The notes beneath the pieces were generated by a model. It made no database searches. It was not told where the DNA came from and was given only the letters and a program-made list of their open reading frames with translations. Positions 17,170-27,496 of a stretch of 52,702 bases of DNA are shown one piece after another (position 1 is the first letter of the stretch; each line of letters begins with the position of its first letter). Location: positions 1 to 52,702 of the IMG/VR virus record IMGVR_UViG_3300032277_000005; one strand, 5' to 3'. Position numbers and translations under genes: made by a program. Source of the DNA: a virus (Duplodnaviria > Caudoviricetes).

Positions 17170-17519
17170 TTGAGGTCGATATAACACTGGACGATATGAA
17201 AGAGGCCGTGCATAACGATCAGGTGTGCAGGCATTTTGGCGCAGCTATCTCAAAAGCCTACCCTGGGCGCAAGTGGCTTGTTGAGGTGTTGGATAGAGGC
17301 TACCTCTGCTACATCAAGATTCCCACTATCTCTATGGAGTACGGTATCGCGGTGAAGTTAAGTAAAACCCTGAGAAGTGATACAATCAACTGCGTAAGAT
17401 CGGCAGGAGAGCTGCTAGAGCGATTCAAGCTAACACGCGGCCAGACTGATAACGCCGATGTATTCCAGCTACCATCGAACTACAAAGGCGTAATAGGCGC
17501 AGAGAAGGGCGAAATCTAA
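17166..17519 (+). CDS. hypothetical protein
   Basis: Coupled ORF between terL and portal. Confidence 0.65.
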   Translation: MIEVDITLDDMKEAVHNDQVCRHFGAAISKAYPGRKWLVEVLDRGYLCYIKIPTISMEYGIAVKLSKTLRSDTINCVRSAGELLERFKLTRGQTDNADVFQLPSNYKGVIGAEKGEI

Positions 17520-19669
17520 TGGATGACAAACACCCCGGCGAAGTAGAAGACGCTATAGCGCCAGAAGGCGTCAATAATGAGATTGACGAGGGGGCGGTCT
17601 GGGTGCAGCGAGCGTCAGAGGCATACGCGGCGTCTACTGATTATATGGAATCGTCTGTTCTCAACCAGTGGGACACGAACATTGATAACTTCCGCAGTCG
17701 GTCAGCTACAAAGAACGGCGGCACTGGCTCTAAGATATTCAGGCCCAAGACGCGATCAGCTATCAGATCACACGAGGCGGCACTAGCTACGGCGCTATTC
17801 TCAAGCAACGACCTAGTATCAGTAGACCCGGCAGATCAAAATAACGAAGTGCAGGCACTCAGCGCCAAACTCAACAAAGCACTGATACAGCACAGGCTAG
17901 AAAAAACGATCCCTTGGTTTATGACTGTGATTGGCGGCTATCAAGACACCCTGAATTACGGCGTGGTGGTCAGCAAAACCTACTGGAAGCATGAAGAAGA
18001 AGAGTCTAGCGACTTTGCAGTGGCTTATGATGAGCAAGGCGAGCCATTGCGTGATAAAGAAGGCTTTGTACTTGGACAGCGAGCAGCACCAGAGGTAACG
18101 GTCGATGAGCCTGTTATTGACCTGCTAGCCCCTGAAAACTTCCGTTTTGATCCGAATGCAGACTGGCGCAACCCGATCAGTGACAGCCCTTATCTTATCG
18201 AGCAAATCCCCATGTACGCAGGCGATGTTATTGATCGTATGCAGAAAGAGGGCGACGATAAGACGGGCGAACCGGAGTGGTACGGCTACACGTTATCGCA
18301 GATTTTAAAAGCCGGTGGCGATACGACAGAGAATAAACAAACCAGGCTGGCCAGAGAGGGCGACCGAGAAGACCCTACTGATGTGTCTCAATACAACGAA
18401 TTCACTCCTGTATGGGTGCATTTCAATATATATCGGCAAGAAGGCGTCGATATGGCGTACTACACGCTGGGCACGACGTTGTTATTGAGTGAGCCTGTAC
18501 CGCTGACTGACATTTATAAGCATGGCCGCGAGGTTTACACCCTGGGTGTTTCGACCATTGAAGCGCACCGAAACTACCCGTCGGCCCTGAACGAACTGGG
18601 TAGCAACACGCAGAATGAGATAAACACGCTAGCCGACCAACGATACGACAATGTTCGCCTAGTGTTGAATAAACGCTATTTCATTAAGCGACAGGGTAAT
18701 GTTGATCTGCCGGCCCTGGCTAATAACCGGCCCGGTGGTGGTGTGTTTGTCGATGACCCTAACGGCGACGTGAAAGTCGTTGATACCCCGGACGTGACAA
18801 GCTCAAGCTATGCAGAGCAAGACCGGCTCAATCAGGATATGGATGAACTGATGGGCACGTTCTCTACGTCAACAGTGCAATCTAACCGGGCGATGAATGA
18901 AACAGTCGGCGGTATGAACCTGATGGCCACAGGTGCCAATGCGTCCCAAGAGTACATCATGCGCACGTTCATTGAGACATGGGTCGAACCTGTACTTCGC
19001 ACACTTGGTAAGCTAGAGCAGTATTTTGAGACAGACGAAACGATTGTCGCTTTAGCAGCAAGCAAGGCCGGAATACCAGCAGAGGCAGCCAAAGACCCAG
19101 AGTTAATGGATAAATTGATCGAGCAGGACTTAAACATCACTGTAAACGTCGGGCTAGGCAACACTAACCCGCAGCAGAAGATGCAGAAGTTAATGATGGC
19201 GGTCAACACAACAGCAGGAATGCCCGAAATGGCCGCCAAGACTGACTGGCCGGCAGTGGTTAAAGAGATATGGGCGTTTGCTGGCTATGGTGATGGCGAC
19301 CGCTTTGTAGCGAAAGAGGAGGAAGGAGGTCAGCCGCAAGAGCAAGCCCCACCTCCCGAGGTGCAAGCCAAGCAGATGGAGCTACAAGCCAAAGCACAAG
19401 AGGCTGATCTAGGACGACAGCACGAAATGGCTATGCTTCAACTGCGATTACAGCAAGAAGGCGAGCAGTCCATCACTGAAATGAATACCCGCCGAGAGCT
19501 AGAGCTAATCAAGCTGTCAGAGGCCAAGGGTATTAAGTTGGAGGAGTTGAGGGCTAAAGTGAATATCGAGAGCAGCAAGGACAAGACTAAGCGGGAGACT
19601 GAGGCATTGAAAGCCAGCCTTGTATCGAGAGAGTTTGGCATCAAGATGGCGACTGGTAGCGGAATATGA
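17519..19669 (+). CDS. portal protein
   Basis: 716 aa after terL; NETVGGM motif; helical C-terminus typical of podoviral portals. Confidence 0.85.
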   Translation: MDDKHPGEVEDAIAPEGVNNEIDEGAVWVQRASEAYAASTDYMESSVLNQWDTNIDNFRSRSATKNGGTGSKIFRPKTRSAIRSHEAALATALFSSNDLVSVDPADQNNEVQALSAKLNKALIQHRLEKTIPWFMTVIGGYQDTLNYGVVVSKTYWKHEEEESSDFAVAYDEQGEPLRDKEGFVLGQRAAPEVTVDEPVIDLLAPENFRFDPNADWRNPISDSPYLIEQIPMYAGDVIDRMQKEGDDKTGEPEWYGYTLSQILKAGGDTTENKQTRLAREGDREDPTDVSQYNEFTPVWVHFNIYRQEGVDMAYYTLGTTLLLSEPVPLTDIYKHGREVYTLGVSTIEAHRNYPSALNELGSNTQNEINTLADQRYDNVRLVLNKRYFIKRQGNVDLPALANNRPGGGVFVDDPNGDVKVVDTPDVTSSSYAEQDRLNQDMDELMGTFSTSTVQSNRAMNETVGGMNLMATGANASQEYIMRTFIETWVEPVLRTLGKLEQYFETDETIVALAASKAGIPAEAAKDPELMDKLIEQDLNITVNVGLGNTNPQQKMQKLMMAVNTTAGMPEMAAKTDWPAVVKEIWAFAGYGDGDRFVAKEEEGGQPQEQAPPPEVQAKQMELQAKAQEADLGRQHEMAMLQLRLQQEGEQSITEMNTRRELELIKLSEAKGIKLEELRAKVNIESSKDKTKRETEALKASLVSREFGIKMATGSGI

Positions 19670-19953
19670 GCGACTTCACCGACTACGACATAGCCCTATT
19701 CGCCCAGGCTGACCTCGGAGAGCAAGCAAGAGACTTCCTGAAAACCGATATAGGCCGGTACTTAACAGGGTGCGCAGAGCAGCAGATCAATGATTGCAGC
19801 CGCGAATTGCTCAAAGTTTTGCCTAGTAACACAGATAAGATACAATTGCTACAGAACAAAGCCCTGACAGCGAGTAACTTCATTGTATGGGTACAAGAGG
19901 CTATTGATATGGGCGATGCCGCCCTTCAACAGGTGCAACAAACCGAGGGTTAA
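19666..19953 (+). CDS. hypothetical head-module protein
   Basis: Coupled ORF. Confidence 0.6.
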   Translation: MSDFTDYDIALFAQADLGEQARDFLKTDIGRYLTGCAEQQINDCSRELLKVLPSNTDKIQLLQNKALTASNFIVWVQEAIDMGDAALQQVQQTEG

Positions 19954-19956
19954 AAA

Positions 19957-21018
19957 ATGTCCGAAGAATTACAAGAAGCGATTGAAGTCGAAGAATCCGA
20001 ACTATCGGCGGAGTTAGATGGCGAAGAGTTATCAACAGAGGATAAGCCCCCGGCATTATCACCTCGAGAAGCTGCTATCGAAGCAATGGCTGCGGCCAAG
20101 TCTGAGCAGTCTCCGGGCACTATTGTTGATGCACTAGGCAATGAGGTTGATGAAAACCTTGACGATGAAGACTACGACAATCTTGACCCAGAGATTAAAG
20201 CGCCAGAGCCAGAGTCGCCAGTATTCCTGAACGATGATGGCAAGTACGCGATGAAGCTGGCAGTCAACGGCTCAGAAGTCGTGCGCTCGTTAGATGAGAT
20301 CGTCGCAGAATCACAGAAACAGATATCCGCCGACCAAAGACTGCAAGACGCAGCAGAGCAGCGGAAACAGATTGAAGTAAGAGAGGCCGAGTTATTGCAG
20401 CGAGAGAACGCTGTCAATGAAGCCTCCTTACAACAAAACAACCAGCTATCCAGCCAGGACGTTGGGGAAGATGCTCGTAGCGAAGCTAGGAGTTTTGTAG
20501 AAGGTGTTTATGAAGGCGACACCGAGGCTGCTATTGAGCAATTAGCAAAGATTATACAAGGGCGGCAACTGCCTACCCAAGTTGATGCTAATGCGATTGG
20601 TCAGCAAGCAGCAAAAGACGCCATCGCCACAATTGAAGCTATGAACGCAGAGAAGGCGTATACAGGCTCACTTGAGGACGGAGTAGCATGGCTTGAGGAA
20701 AATCACCCAGACGTAAGGCAAAACAAATCGCTAGAGCGGTATGTGGACGCTGAAATCAACGTGATTATGACCAAAGAGCCAAGTATTACTCCAGAAGCAG
20801 CAATCAAACGTGCGACAGAGACCGTTTTAGAGCAGATGGGGCAACCCAAAGCCGAGAAAAGTAGTCGCGCATCCAACAAAGCAGGGCTACACCGCGAGCC
20901 TGCCCGAAAATCGCTAAGTAAAAAACGGCCAGTACCGGAAGTTATTGATAACTCCCCGGCTGCTGTAATTGCTCAAATGCGAAAAGAACGGCAGATGATA
21001 GCGGGTAGACGCTCTTAA
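19957..21018 (+). CDS. scaffolding protein
   Basis: Acidic, coiled-coil, KLAVNGSEV motif; directly before capsid gene. Confidence 0.7.
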   Translation: MSEELQEAIEVEESELSAELDGEELSTEDKPPALSPREAAIEAMAAAKSEQSPGTIVDALGNEVDENLDDEDYDNLDPEIKAPEPESPVFLNDDGKYAMKLAVNGSEVVRSLDEIVAESQKQISADQRLQDAAEQRKQIEVREAELLQRENAVNEASLQQNNQLSSQDVGEDARSEARSFVEGVYEGDTEAAIEQLAKIIQGRQLPTQVDANAIGQQAAKDAIATIEAMNAEKAYTGSLEDGVAWLEENHPDVRQNKSLERYVDAEINVIMTKEPSITPEAAIKRATETVLEQMGQPKAEKSSRASNKAGLHREPARKSLSKKRPVPEVIDNSPAAVIAQMRKERQMIAGRRS

Positions 21019-21032
21019 TCAGGTAAATTATC

Positions 21033-21971
21033 ATGGCTGGACAATTATGGTCAGGTGCCAGTGGTTATATGGCCACCGAGACACTTTCAAAAGAACTGCG
21101 AGAGGCTGTGCAACCGCTTTCTCGTTTCACTCAATTTTGCGACACCGAAGAAGCTATCGGAAAAGGCAATGGCGACGTTTACACATGGAACGTACATGGC
21201 GACACGTCTGTTGATTGCCCTACTACCGGGCTTGATGAGAACGCCAAAGTACCCGAAACTGGTTTTGCAACCAGTCAGGGCAGCGTAACTCTCAAAGAGT
21301 TTGGTATTGCCGTACCTTTCAGCAAGAAGTACGACGACCTGTCTGAGCAGCCCGTAAAGGCGATCATTCAGAAGACGCTGAAGAACTCAGCAGCTCGCAC
21401 AGAAGACGCAGTAGCTCATGCTCAGTTCGACGCTTCATTGCTAACGGGCACTGGTGGCGGTAGTGGCGCTGTAACAGTGCAGACTGATGGCACGTTCTCT
21501 GGCGCTGCCGTTGCAATGACTATTGCGCACGTCAAGACCATTGCCGACACTATGCAGGAGCGCAACATCCCTGTATTCGACGGTGAGAACTATGGCGCTA
21601 TCATGCGTCCTACTACCCTTCGCCCCGTTCTCACTGAGCTTGAAAGCATCCATCAGTACACCGATGGCGGCTGGACACGCATTATGAACGGCGAGAAGGG
21701 CAAGTATGAAGGCATCCGCTTTACTACTCAGACTAATATCGCTTCTAAAGGTTATTCGGCTGGTGATGCGGCTTACTTCTTTGGCTCAGACACCGTGACC
21801 CAGGTTATCTCCTGCCCAATGGAGTTACGCGGCAAGATTCCCGATGACTACGGTCGCTCACAAGGCATTATGTGGTATGCGCTAGAGAACTTTGCGCTGA
21901 CTCATAACGATCAAACCAGTGCTGAAACTAAGGCTCAGGCCCGTGTTTTGCGTTGGGGTGGTTCAAGCTAA
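21033..21971 (+). CDS. major capsid protein
   Basis: 312 aa; GEKGKYEGIRF and DYGR..GIMWY motifs; followed by terminator. Confidence 0.85.
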   Translation: MAGQLWSGASGYMATETLSKELREAVQPLSRFTQFCDTEEAIGKGNGDVYTWNVHGDTSVDCPTTGLDENAKVPETGFATSQGSVTLKEFGIAVPFSKKYDDLSEQPVKAIIQKTLKNSAARTEDAVAHAQFDASLLTGTGGGSGAVTVQTDGTFSGAAVAMTIAHVKTIADTMQERNIPVFDGENYGAIMRPTTLRPVLTELESIHQYTDGGWTRIMNGEKGKYEGIRFTTQTNIASKGYSAGDAAYFFGSDTVTQVISCPMELRGKIPDDYGRSQGIMWYALENFALTHNDQTSAETKAQARVLRWGGSS

Positions 21972-21976
21972 TTACT

Positions 21977-21995
21977 GCCCCCTTCGGGGGGCTTT
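21977..21995 (+). terminator. intrinsic terminator
   Basis: GCCCCC stem with TTCG loop followed by TTT. Confidence 0.7.
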
Positions 21996-22010
21996 ATAGA
22001 GGAAATAATT

Positions 22011-22370
22011 ATGAGTTATGCAAACCCTACGACAGTTGGCTATCGTTTTCCGGCTGCCACATTGTCATCTGCGGCGGTAATTGGTCGCATTCAAGCACCA
22101 GACGGCAAGAAAGGTCGAGTAGTTGACGTGTCCTTGGTTACTACTACAGCAACCACAGTGGCCGCCTGTACTGTAACGATTGGCACAGGCGCAGACGCAG
22201 ACGCTTACGCGACCCAAGCTGTACCTGTTACAGCCATCAATCTTGGCGTACAAGGCACTACAGCCGTTTACAATCACGAAATCCCAGAAGACACTTTAGT
22301 ATTAGTGACTGCGGGTGGTGAGTGTACGGCTGGTGCAGGCGACGTTACTGTAATCATCGACTGGTACTAA
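22011..22370 (+). CDS. putative capsid decoration/cement protein
   Basis: Small beta-rich ORF after the capsid gene. Confidence 0.5.
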   Translation: MSYANPTTVGYRFPAATLSSAAVIGRIQAPDGKKGRVVDVSLVTTTATTVAACTVTIGTGADADAYATQAVPVTAINLGVQGTTAVYNHEIPEDTLVLVTAGGECTAGAGDVTVIIDWY

Positions 22371-22537
22371 GGAGTACATTATGAGTATTGAAGATGGCAC
22401 ATCAATGAAAGAAGGCTTCGACGCAAAGAAGCAAGGCGCTAAACCTACTGCGGTAACTCAGCGACCCTCTAAGGGTGGCGGTTTTATCAAGGAAGGCAAA
22501 GGCGGTAAAGGTAAAGGCGGCAAATAAGCCGTAAACA

Positions 22538-22562
22538 AGGGGCTGCTTCGGTGGCCCCTTCT
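22538..22562 (+). terminator. intrinsic terminator
   Basis: AGGGGCTGC-TTCG-GTGGCCCCT-TCT. Confidence 0.6.
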
Positions 22563-22733
22563 CCTTTGAGGAAAAGATTATGCGCAACATCACCATGACC
22601 CACGAAGAGTTTAGAGAGTATCACGAAGGCAAAGACGTTAAGCCTAGCCTTGAAGATGGCCACAGCGGTAAGACCGTTGTCGGTCAATACGAGCGAGACT
22701 GCAAAAAGCACAAGGTAAAGCATATCGGAGAAT

Positions 22734-23051
22734 ATGACGATGCTTGATAAATCCCGCGAGCACTCCACCATCTACGGCGGCACGGGCACAACGCGCTTTA
22801 TCCAAGACGGTCACAGGTACGGCTCGAATGAGAAATACCTGGGGAAAGTAGGTGAAGAAGATCGACCTATCTTTAAGCCTAAACAGGCTGAAACTGTTAT
22901 AATTGGCGACGACCTAACAAGTATGGGTAAAGCGGAATTAATCACGCTAGCAACTTCTCATGGCCTCAAGGCTGACGGAAGAATGTCGGAAGAAACATTG
23001 CGAAATAAGATAGGTAAATATAATGCCGACGTTCTTGGAGCTGGTGAATGA
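22734..23051 (+). CDS. hypothetical protein with C-terminal HeH/Rho-N-like motif
   Basis: MGKAELITLA..GLKADGRMSEETLR. Confidence 0.5.
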   Translation: MTMLDKSREHSTIYGGTGTTRFIQDGHRYGSNEKYLGKVGEEDRPIFKPKQAETVIIGDDLTSMGKAELITLATSHGLKADGRMSEETLRNKIGKYNADVLGAGE

Positions 23052-23679
23052 TCTAAGGCGCGAGTGTAGCGTTTCTGGATCAGCCGTATCGACCGTTGTA
23101 GGTCAGACTGGCGAGTATTTACGCTTAGTTAATTGGATCAATCAAGCCCACGCAGAGATTCAGGGTAAATACTTCGACTGGAAGTTCCTAAGAGCCACTG
23201 CCCAATTCACAACCGCTGTAGGCGTCGAAACAGTCCCCGCGCCTAGCGATCTCAACACATGGGATATGACTAGGTTCTACCAGGGCACAGATCAAATCTG
23301 CGCTAAAGAGTGGATTGATTATCGCCCTAACACCGCGGCAAGCGGCAAGCCTAGCGATATATTTATTCGTTACGACAACGATCTGCATCTTTACCCAAAC
23401 CCAGATGACGCTTACGTCTATGACTATGAGTATTTTAAGACTCCGCTCGTAATGGCCGTCGATAGTGATGAGCCGCTAATCCCTGCGCACTTGCAGCGGG
23501 TTATTGTTTATCGGGCCATGATTATGTATGCCAATTATGAAGAAGCCCCAGAGCTAAAAGCGCAGGCCGGCGAACTGTTCGGTGAGGCAATGAGGCAGCT
23601 TTCAAACCACCAGCTATCGAACAAGTCACAATTCTATGGAAGAAGCGAGACTGACCTGTTCACGGTAGAGGTGCAATGA
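23023..23679 (+). CDS. head-tail adaptor (tail tubular protein A-like)
   Basis: TFLELVN..W.FL..P.PD..YEY..P.IP pattern; position. Confidence 0.7.
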   Translation: MPTFLELVNDLRRECSVSGSAVSTVVGQTGEYLRLVNWINQAHAEIQGKYFDWKFLRATAQFTTAVGVETVPAPSDLNTWDMTRFYQGTDQICAKEWIDYRPNTAASGKPSDIFIRYDNDLHLYPNPDDAYVYDYEYFKTPLVMAVDSDEPLIPAHLQRVIVYRAMIMYANYEEAPELKAQAGELFGEAMRQLSNHQLSNKSQFYGRSETDLFTVEVQ

Positions 23680-25730
23680 AGAATAAAATCATATCAATGG
23701 GTGGCGGGCTGAACTTAGAGTCGCCCCACTTGTCGATAAAAGAAGGACAGGTCATTGAGGCCGAGAACTTTGAGCCAGACCTTAACGGCGGCTACACAAG
23801 GGTTCAAGGCTATGAGCGGCTAGACGGGAGGATAAAACCTTCTGACGCTGTATGGTACTCACTGATCGTCGATGATGCCTCTGGGGTCTCTTTAGGCGCT
23901 ATAACGGGGTCTAGTAGTGGAGCCACGGCTAACGTCGTCGTGATTGATGGTAACGAGCTTTGTATTACCAATCTCACTGGCAACTTTAATACCAGTGACA
24001 CGTTTTCTGGCGCAACTGTAACCGTTGTCGAGGCGCTTGAGGGTCGTGATGACCCGTTCGATTTTGGTGTTTGGGAGTTAGCCGCCCAAGATTATTACCG
24101 CGACCTCATCACAGCCGTGCCGGGTACAGGCAGTATTCTTGGCGTCTGGCACTACAACAGCTACAGCTACGCCTTTAGAAGCAACGGCTCAGTCGTAAAA
24201 ATGTTTAAAAGCTCTTTATCCGGCTGGGTGGAAGTAACGCACTACCAAGTGCTTAACTTTGATGCTGGTGTGGGCGCTGACGGCGATATAGTCGCTACAA
24301 CTGTCATTGATGGTGGCACAAGTTCAGCCCAAGGCACTGTTAAGCGAGTCGTTGTTACTGATGGGACATGGGGTGTTGATGCTTCGGGCTATTTTATTGT
24401 CGATGTGACAACAGGTGCCTTTCAGGATAACGAAGCTATACAGGTCTCAGCGGTAACAAAAGCCACTGCAAACGGTGCTGATACTGATATTGAGTTCACA
24501 CTGGGTGCGAACAAGTTTGACTTTATTAATTACAACTTCAAAGGCAATGAGTCGTCGATCCGAATGTACGGGTGCGACGGCGTAAACAATGCTTTTGAGT
24601 TTGATGGGACATTATTAACCCCAATCTTCACTGGTACGCCAACCGACGCGCCCCATCTTATTGAAGCGCACAAAAAGCATCTATTCTTAGCCTTCGCAGG
24701 AGGCTCCCTACAGCACTCTAGCCTGGGCGACCCAATGATATGGAATGCAATACTAGGAGCCGCAGAGATAGCCTTGGGCGATTCGGTAACGGGTATTGAG
24801 TCAATCACTGGCGATACATTGATAGTTGGGACTGATAGGTCTATCCATGCGCTGTATGGGTCAAGCACACTGGACTGGAATCTATCATTAATCGCATCCA
24901 ATACTGGCGATGTTGCCAATACGCTGGACGTGCTTGGAGCGCCCTTTGTTGTAACTAGAAACGGCATCACCAGGATTGACTCGGTGCAGGCTTACGGCAA
25001 CTTCCAGTCGTCCACAGTATCAAGGCTAGTAAAGCCATTACTTGATGGAATGTTGGCAAACAAAAACCTTATAGGTGTATCGGTATCAAGGGCTAAAAAC
25101 CAGTACAAGATATACTTTGATGATGGGTTTGGTGTTGTCATGTCCTACGATCAGCTTTACGGGCAGGCACAGCTACCCCAATTCACTGTATTTAATTACC
25201 TGTCTAATCCAACAGCGGTTAGCTCAGTATCTCTCGACGGTGCTGATGAAATTCTATTGTTTGGCGATGACTCAGGTTTTGTTTATCAAGAGTTAAGAGG
25301 CCATAGCTTTGATGGAGAGGCTATTGTCAGCGCATTAAGAACACCATTCCTTCATCTTGGCTCACCATCCAACAGAAAGGCATTCAGGCGTTATGACTTA
25401 GAGGTCGATGTAGAGCGCAACGCAGAGGTAAGAATTAGCTATGAGTTCTCCTACGGGCAGTCTCACACAGCGCAAAGCTCACTCGGCAACCTAATAAGCG
25501 ATGCAGAGTCGCAGGAAGTCTTAGCGATTGGTGGTGGTGGTTATTGGGATAGTAACGACTGGTTAGAGTTTAACTGGAGCGCCGATCAGGTTGAGCAAAA
25601 GATAGCGTCTATGGAGGGCACTGGTCACAACCTGTCCATGCTTTTCTACTCATCGAGTGCGACAAGCTCAGAGTTCACAATTAACAATATTACCTTTTCG
25701 TATCTTATGCGACGAGCAAACAGGGGCTAA
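23676..25730 (+). CDS. tail nozzle/stabilisation protein (tubular B-like)
   Basis: 684 aa beta-rich, GGLNL start, follows adaptor. Confidence 0.7.
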   Translation: MKNKIISMGGGLNLESPHLSIKEGQVIEAENFEPDLNGGYTRVQGYERLDGRIKPSDAVWYSLIVDDASGVSLGAITGSSSGATANVVVIDGNELCITNLTGNFNTSDTFSGATVTVVEALEGRDDPFDFGVWELAAQDYYRDLITAVPGTGSILGVWHYNSYSYAFRSNGSVVKMFKSSLSGWVEVTHYQVLNFDAGVGADGDIVATTVIDGGTSSAQGTVKRVVVTDGTWGVDASGYFIVDVTTGAFQDNEAIQVSAVTKATANGADTDIEFTLGANKFDFINYNFKGNESSIRMYGCDGVNNAFEFDGTLLTPIFTGTPTDAPHLIEAHKKHLFLAFAGGSLQHSSLGDPMIWNAILGAAEIALGDSVTGIESITGDTLIVGTDRSIHALYGSSTLDWNLSLIASNTGDVANTLDVLGAPFVVTRNGITRIDSVQAYGNFQSSTVSRLVKPLLDGMLANKNLIGVSVSRAKNQYKIYFDDGFGVVMSYDQLYGQAQLPQFTVFNYLSNPTAVSSVSLDGADEILLFGDDSGFVYQELRGHSFDGEAIVSALRTPFLHLGSPSNRKAFRRYDLEVDVERNAEVRISYEFSYGQSHTAQSSLGNLISDAESQEVLAIGGGGYWDSNDWLEFNWSADQVEQKIASMEGTGHNLSMLFYSSSATSSEFTINNITFSYLMRRANRG

Positions 25731-25732
25731 GA

Positions 25733-26407
25733 ATGACCGCTAATTATTACACCAGGACAATGGCTTTCGCGGAACGAACGAGAGCAAAAGGTGAAGACGT
25801 TAGGCTTGAATACGACGCCATTGATACATCGTTTGATCTTGTCGCGGCTGATGTTGATAGGGCTATAACCCTTCCAGCAGGCACTATCGCAGAGATAACA
25901 GGCACCCCAGCAGAACTTGCGAACAAGGTTGTGGGTTTTGATGGTAGCGGCGTAGCGACAGCTTTAGACATCAACTCAGTTCCTATCGACGGGGCGATGT
26001 ATAACCTTATCGAAGACCTCACACCACAATTAGGCGGGAACCTAGACACACAGTCGTTCACTATTGATGGTCGAGATATTACTGTTGATGGGGCTACGCT
26101 TGATAGTATTGATATAGCAAAGCTAAACGCTATCGAGGCCAACGCGAATAACTATATTCACCCAACCGGCGATGGTAGCAATCACATTCCAACGGCAGGG
26201 ACAGTAGGGCAGATACTTATTAACACTGCATCGGGAACAGCTACATGGCAGGACGAGTACACGCATCCCACTGGCGCGGGGAGTGAGCACCTACCTACTG
26301 GCGGCACGGTGGGGCAAATCCTTACAAACACTGCGAGCGGAGAAGGCTCTTGGCAGAAGAACAGCGCCAAACATTTGTTTGATAAATCTTATTTTGGGGG
26401 CATCTAA
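25733..26407 (+). CDS. tail-fibre-like protein
   Basis: PQLGGNLD motif; two 33-aa YxHPTGxGSxHxPTxGTVGQIL repeats. Confidence 0.6.
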   Translation: MTANYYTRTMAFAERTRAKGEDVRLEYDAIDTSFDLVAADVDRAITLPAGTIAEITGTPAELANKVVGFDGSGVATALDINSVPIDGAMYNLIEDLTPQLGGNLDTQSFTIDGRDITVDGATLDSIDIAKLNAIEANANNYIHPTGDGSNHIPTAGTVGQILINTASGTATWQDEYTHPTGAGSEHLPTGGTVGQILTNTASGEGSWQKNSAKHLFDKSYFGGI

Positions 26408-26410
26408 GCG

Positions 26411-26899
26411 ATGGAAGCGACTTCATATTCAGCTATAAACACTGCAGCAAGCGGCACCAGCGAAGAAGCTTTATATACCGTACCTACAGGCAAGATTGCC
26501 AAGATTATATGGCACACAGGCCATATTGCTGGCACAGCAGGCGTCGCACTACAGCATATAACAGCAAGCGATGCAATATCCGTTTTTCGCACAGCGATCT
26601 ATACTAGTAGCGTGTCTTACGGGATGTATATTAGGTGCGGCTCCGTGAATATATTAAGCACCAAAGAAGGAGGCGCATCATCTTTAATAGGCACATTGGC
26701 ATTGATGGAGAGCGCTGGAGTTATGGATACAATAAGCAATCATACAACATCCTCAGCCGGCAGCGCGGCAGCCAGCGAGATTCAGACAGTAAATAATGGA
26801 ATAATCCTTGTTGCAGGCGAGAGTGTATCAATAAAAACCTCTAATTACCTAAATACGAAGTTCTCCTATGACTTTCTCGTTCTTGAGGATGACATTTAA
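26411..26899 (+). CDS. putative tail protein
   Basis: LYTVPTGK motif. Confidence 0.5.
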   Translation: MEATSYSAINTAASGTSEEALYTVPTGKIAKIIWHTGHIAGTAGVALQHITASDAISVFRTAIYTSSVSYGMYIRCGSVNILSTKEGGASSLIGTLALMESAGVMDTISNHTTSSAGSAAASEIQTVNNGIILVAGESVSIKTSNYLNTKFSYDFLVLEDDI

Positions 26900-27495
26900 T
26901 GCTTATCAACGTAAAGCCTGATGGGTCACTCGGGGGCCGGGTGAATATATCCAACCCTACTACCCTTGAGCAATTCAGGTTGAGCAATCCTACGTTTATC
27001 TACACTGATGGGGATTTCGATCACCCTGATAGATATTACGAGTACAAGGGTGGATCAATATCATTACGAGCAAATTGGGAAGACCTTTTAGCAGAGGATG
27101 AGGCCGCCGATGTAATCCAAAGGGCGGAAGACGCGGCAGCATATCTAGTGCGTAGCAAGGCTCGCAAGATTGCCGAAGCTGCAACCTTGGCAGGCTCAGC
27201 GATGCTAGAAGAGGTTGTTAGTGATGGTGAAAGCTACATTCCAACCAGCGATGTAATTGCAGATATTGCCAATACACTTGGCGTTATGGGTCGAAACCCT
27301 ACAGAGAAGATAGATTTCAAAGGCGCGTCAGGCTGGGCGCTTGTCAATAAAGCAAGCTTACAAGGCTTGCAAAGCGTTATATGGGCCAGAAGCAAGGTGG
27401 TTCGGGCCAATCATAGGCATCATGAAGAAGCCATCACGGCAATCTCAACGCAAATAGAATTAGACGCATACGACATAACTACAGGGTGGGTATAA
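26899..27495 (+). CDS. tail fibre assembly-like protein
   Basis: C-terminal ELDAYDITTGW signature. Confidence 0.55.
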   Translation: MLINVKPDGSLGGRVNISNPTTLEQFRLSNPTFIYTDGDFDHPDRYYEYKGGSISLRANWEDLLAEDEAADVIQRAEDAAAYLVRSKARKIAEAATLAGSAMLEEVVSDGESYIPTSDVIADIANTLGVMGRNPTEKIDFKGASGWALVNKASLQGLQSVIWARSKVVRANHRHHEEAITAISTQIELDAYDITTGWV

Positions 27496-27496
27496 C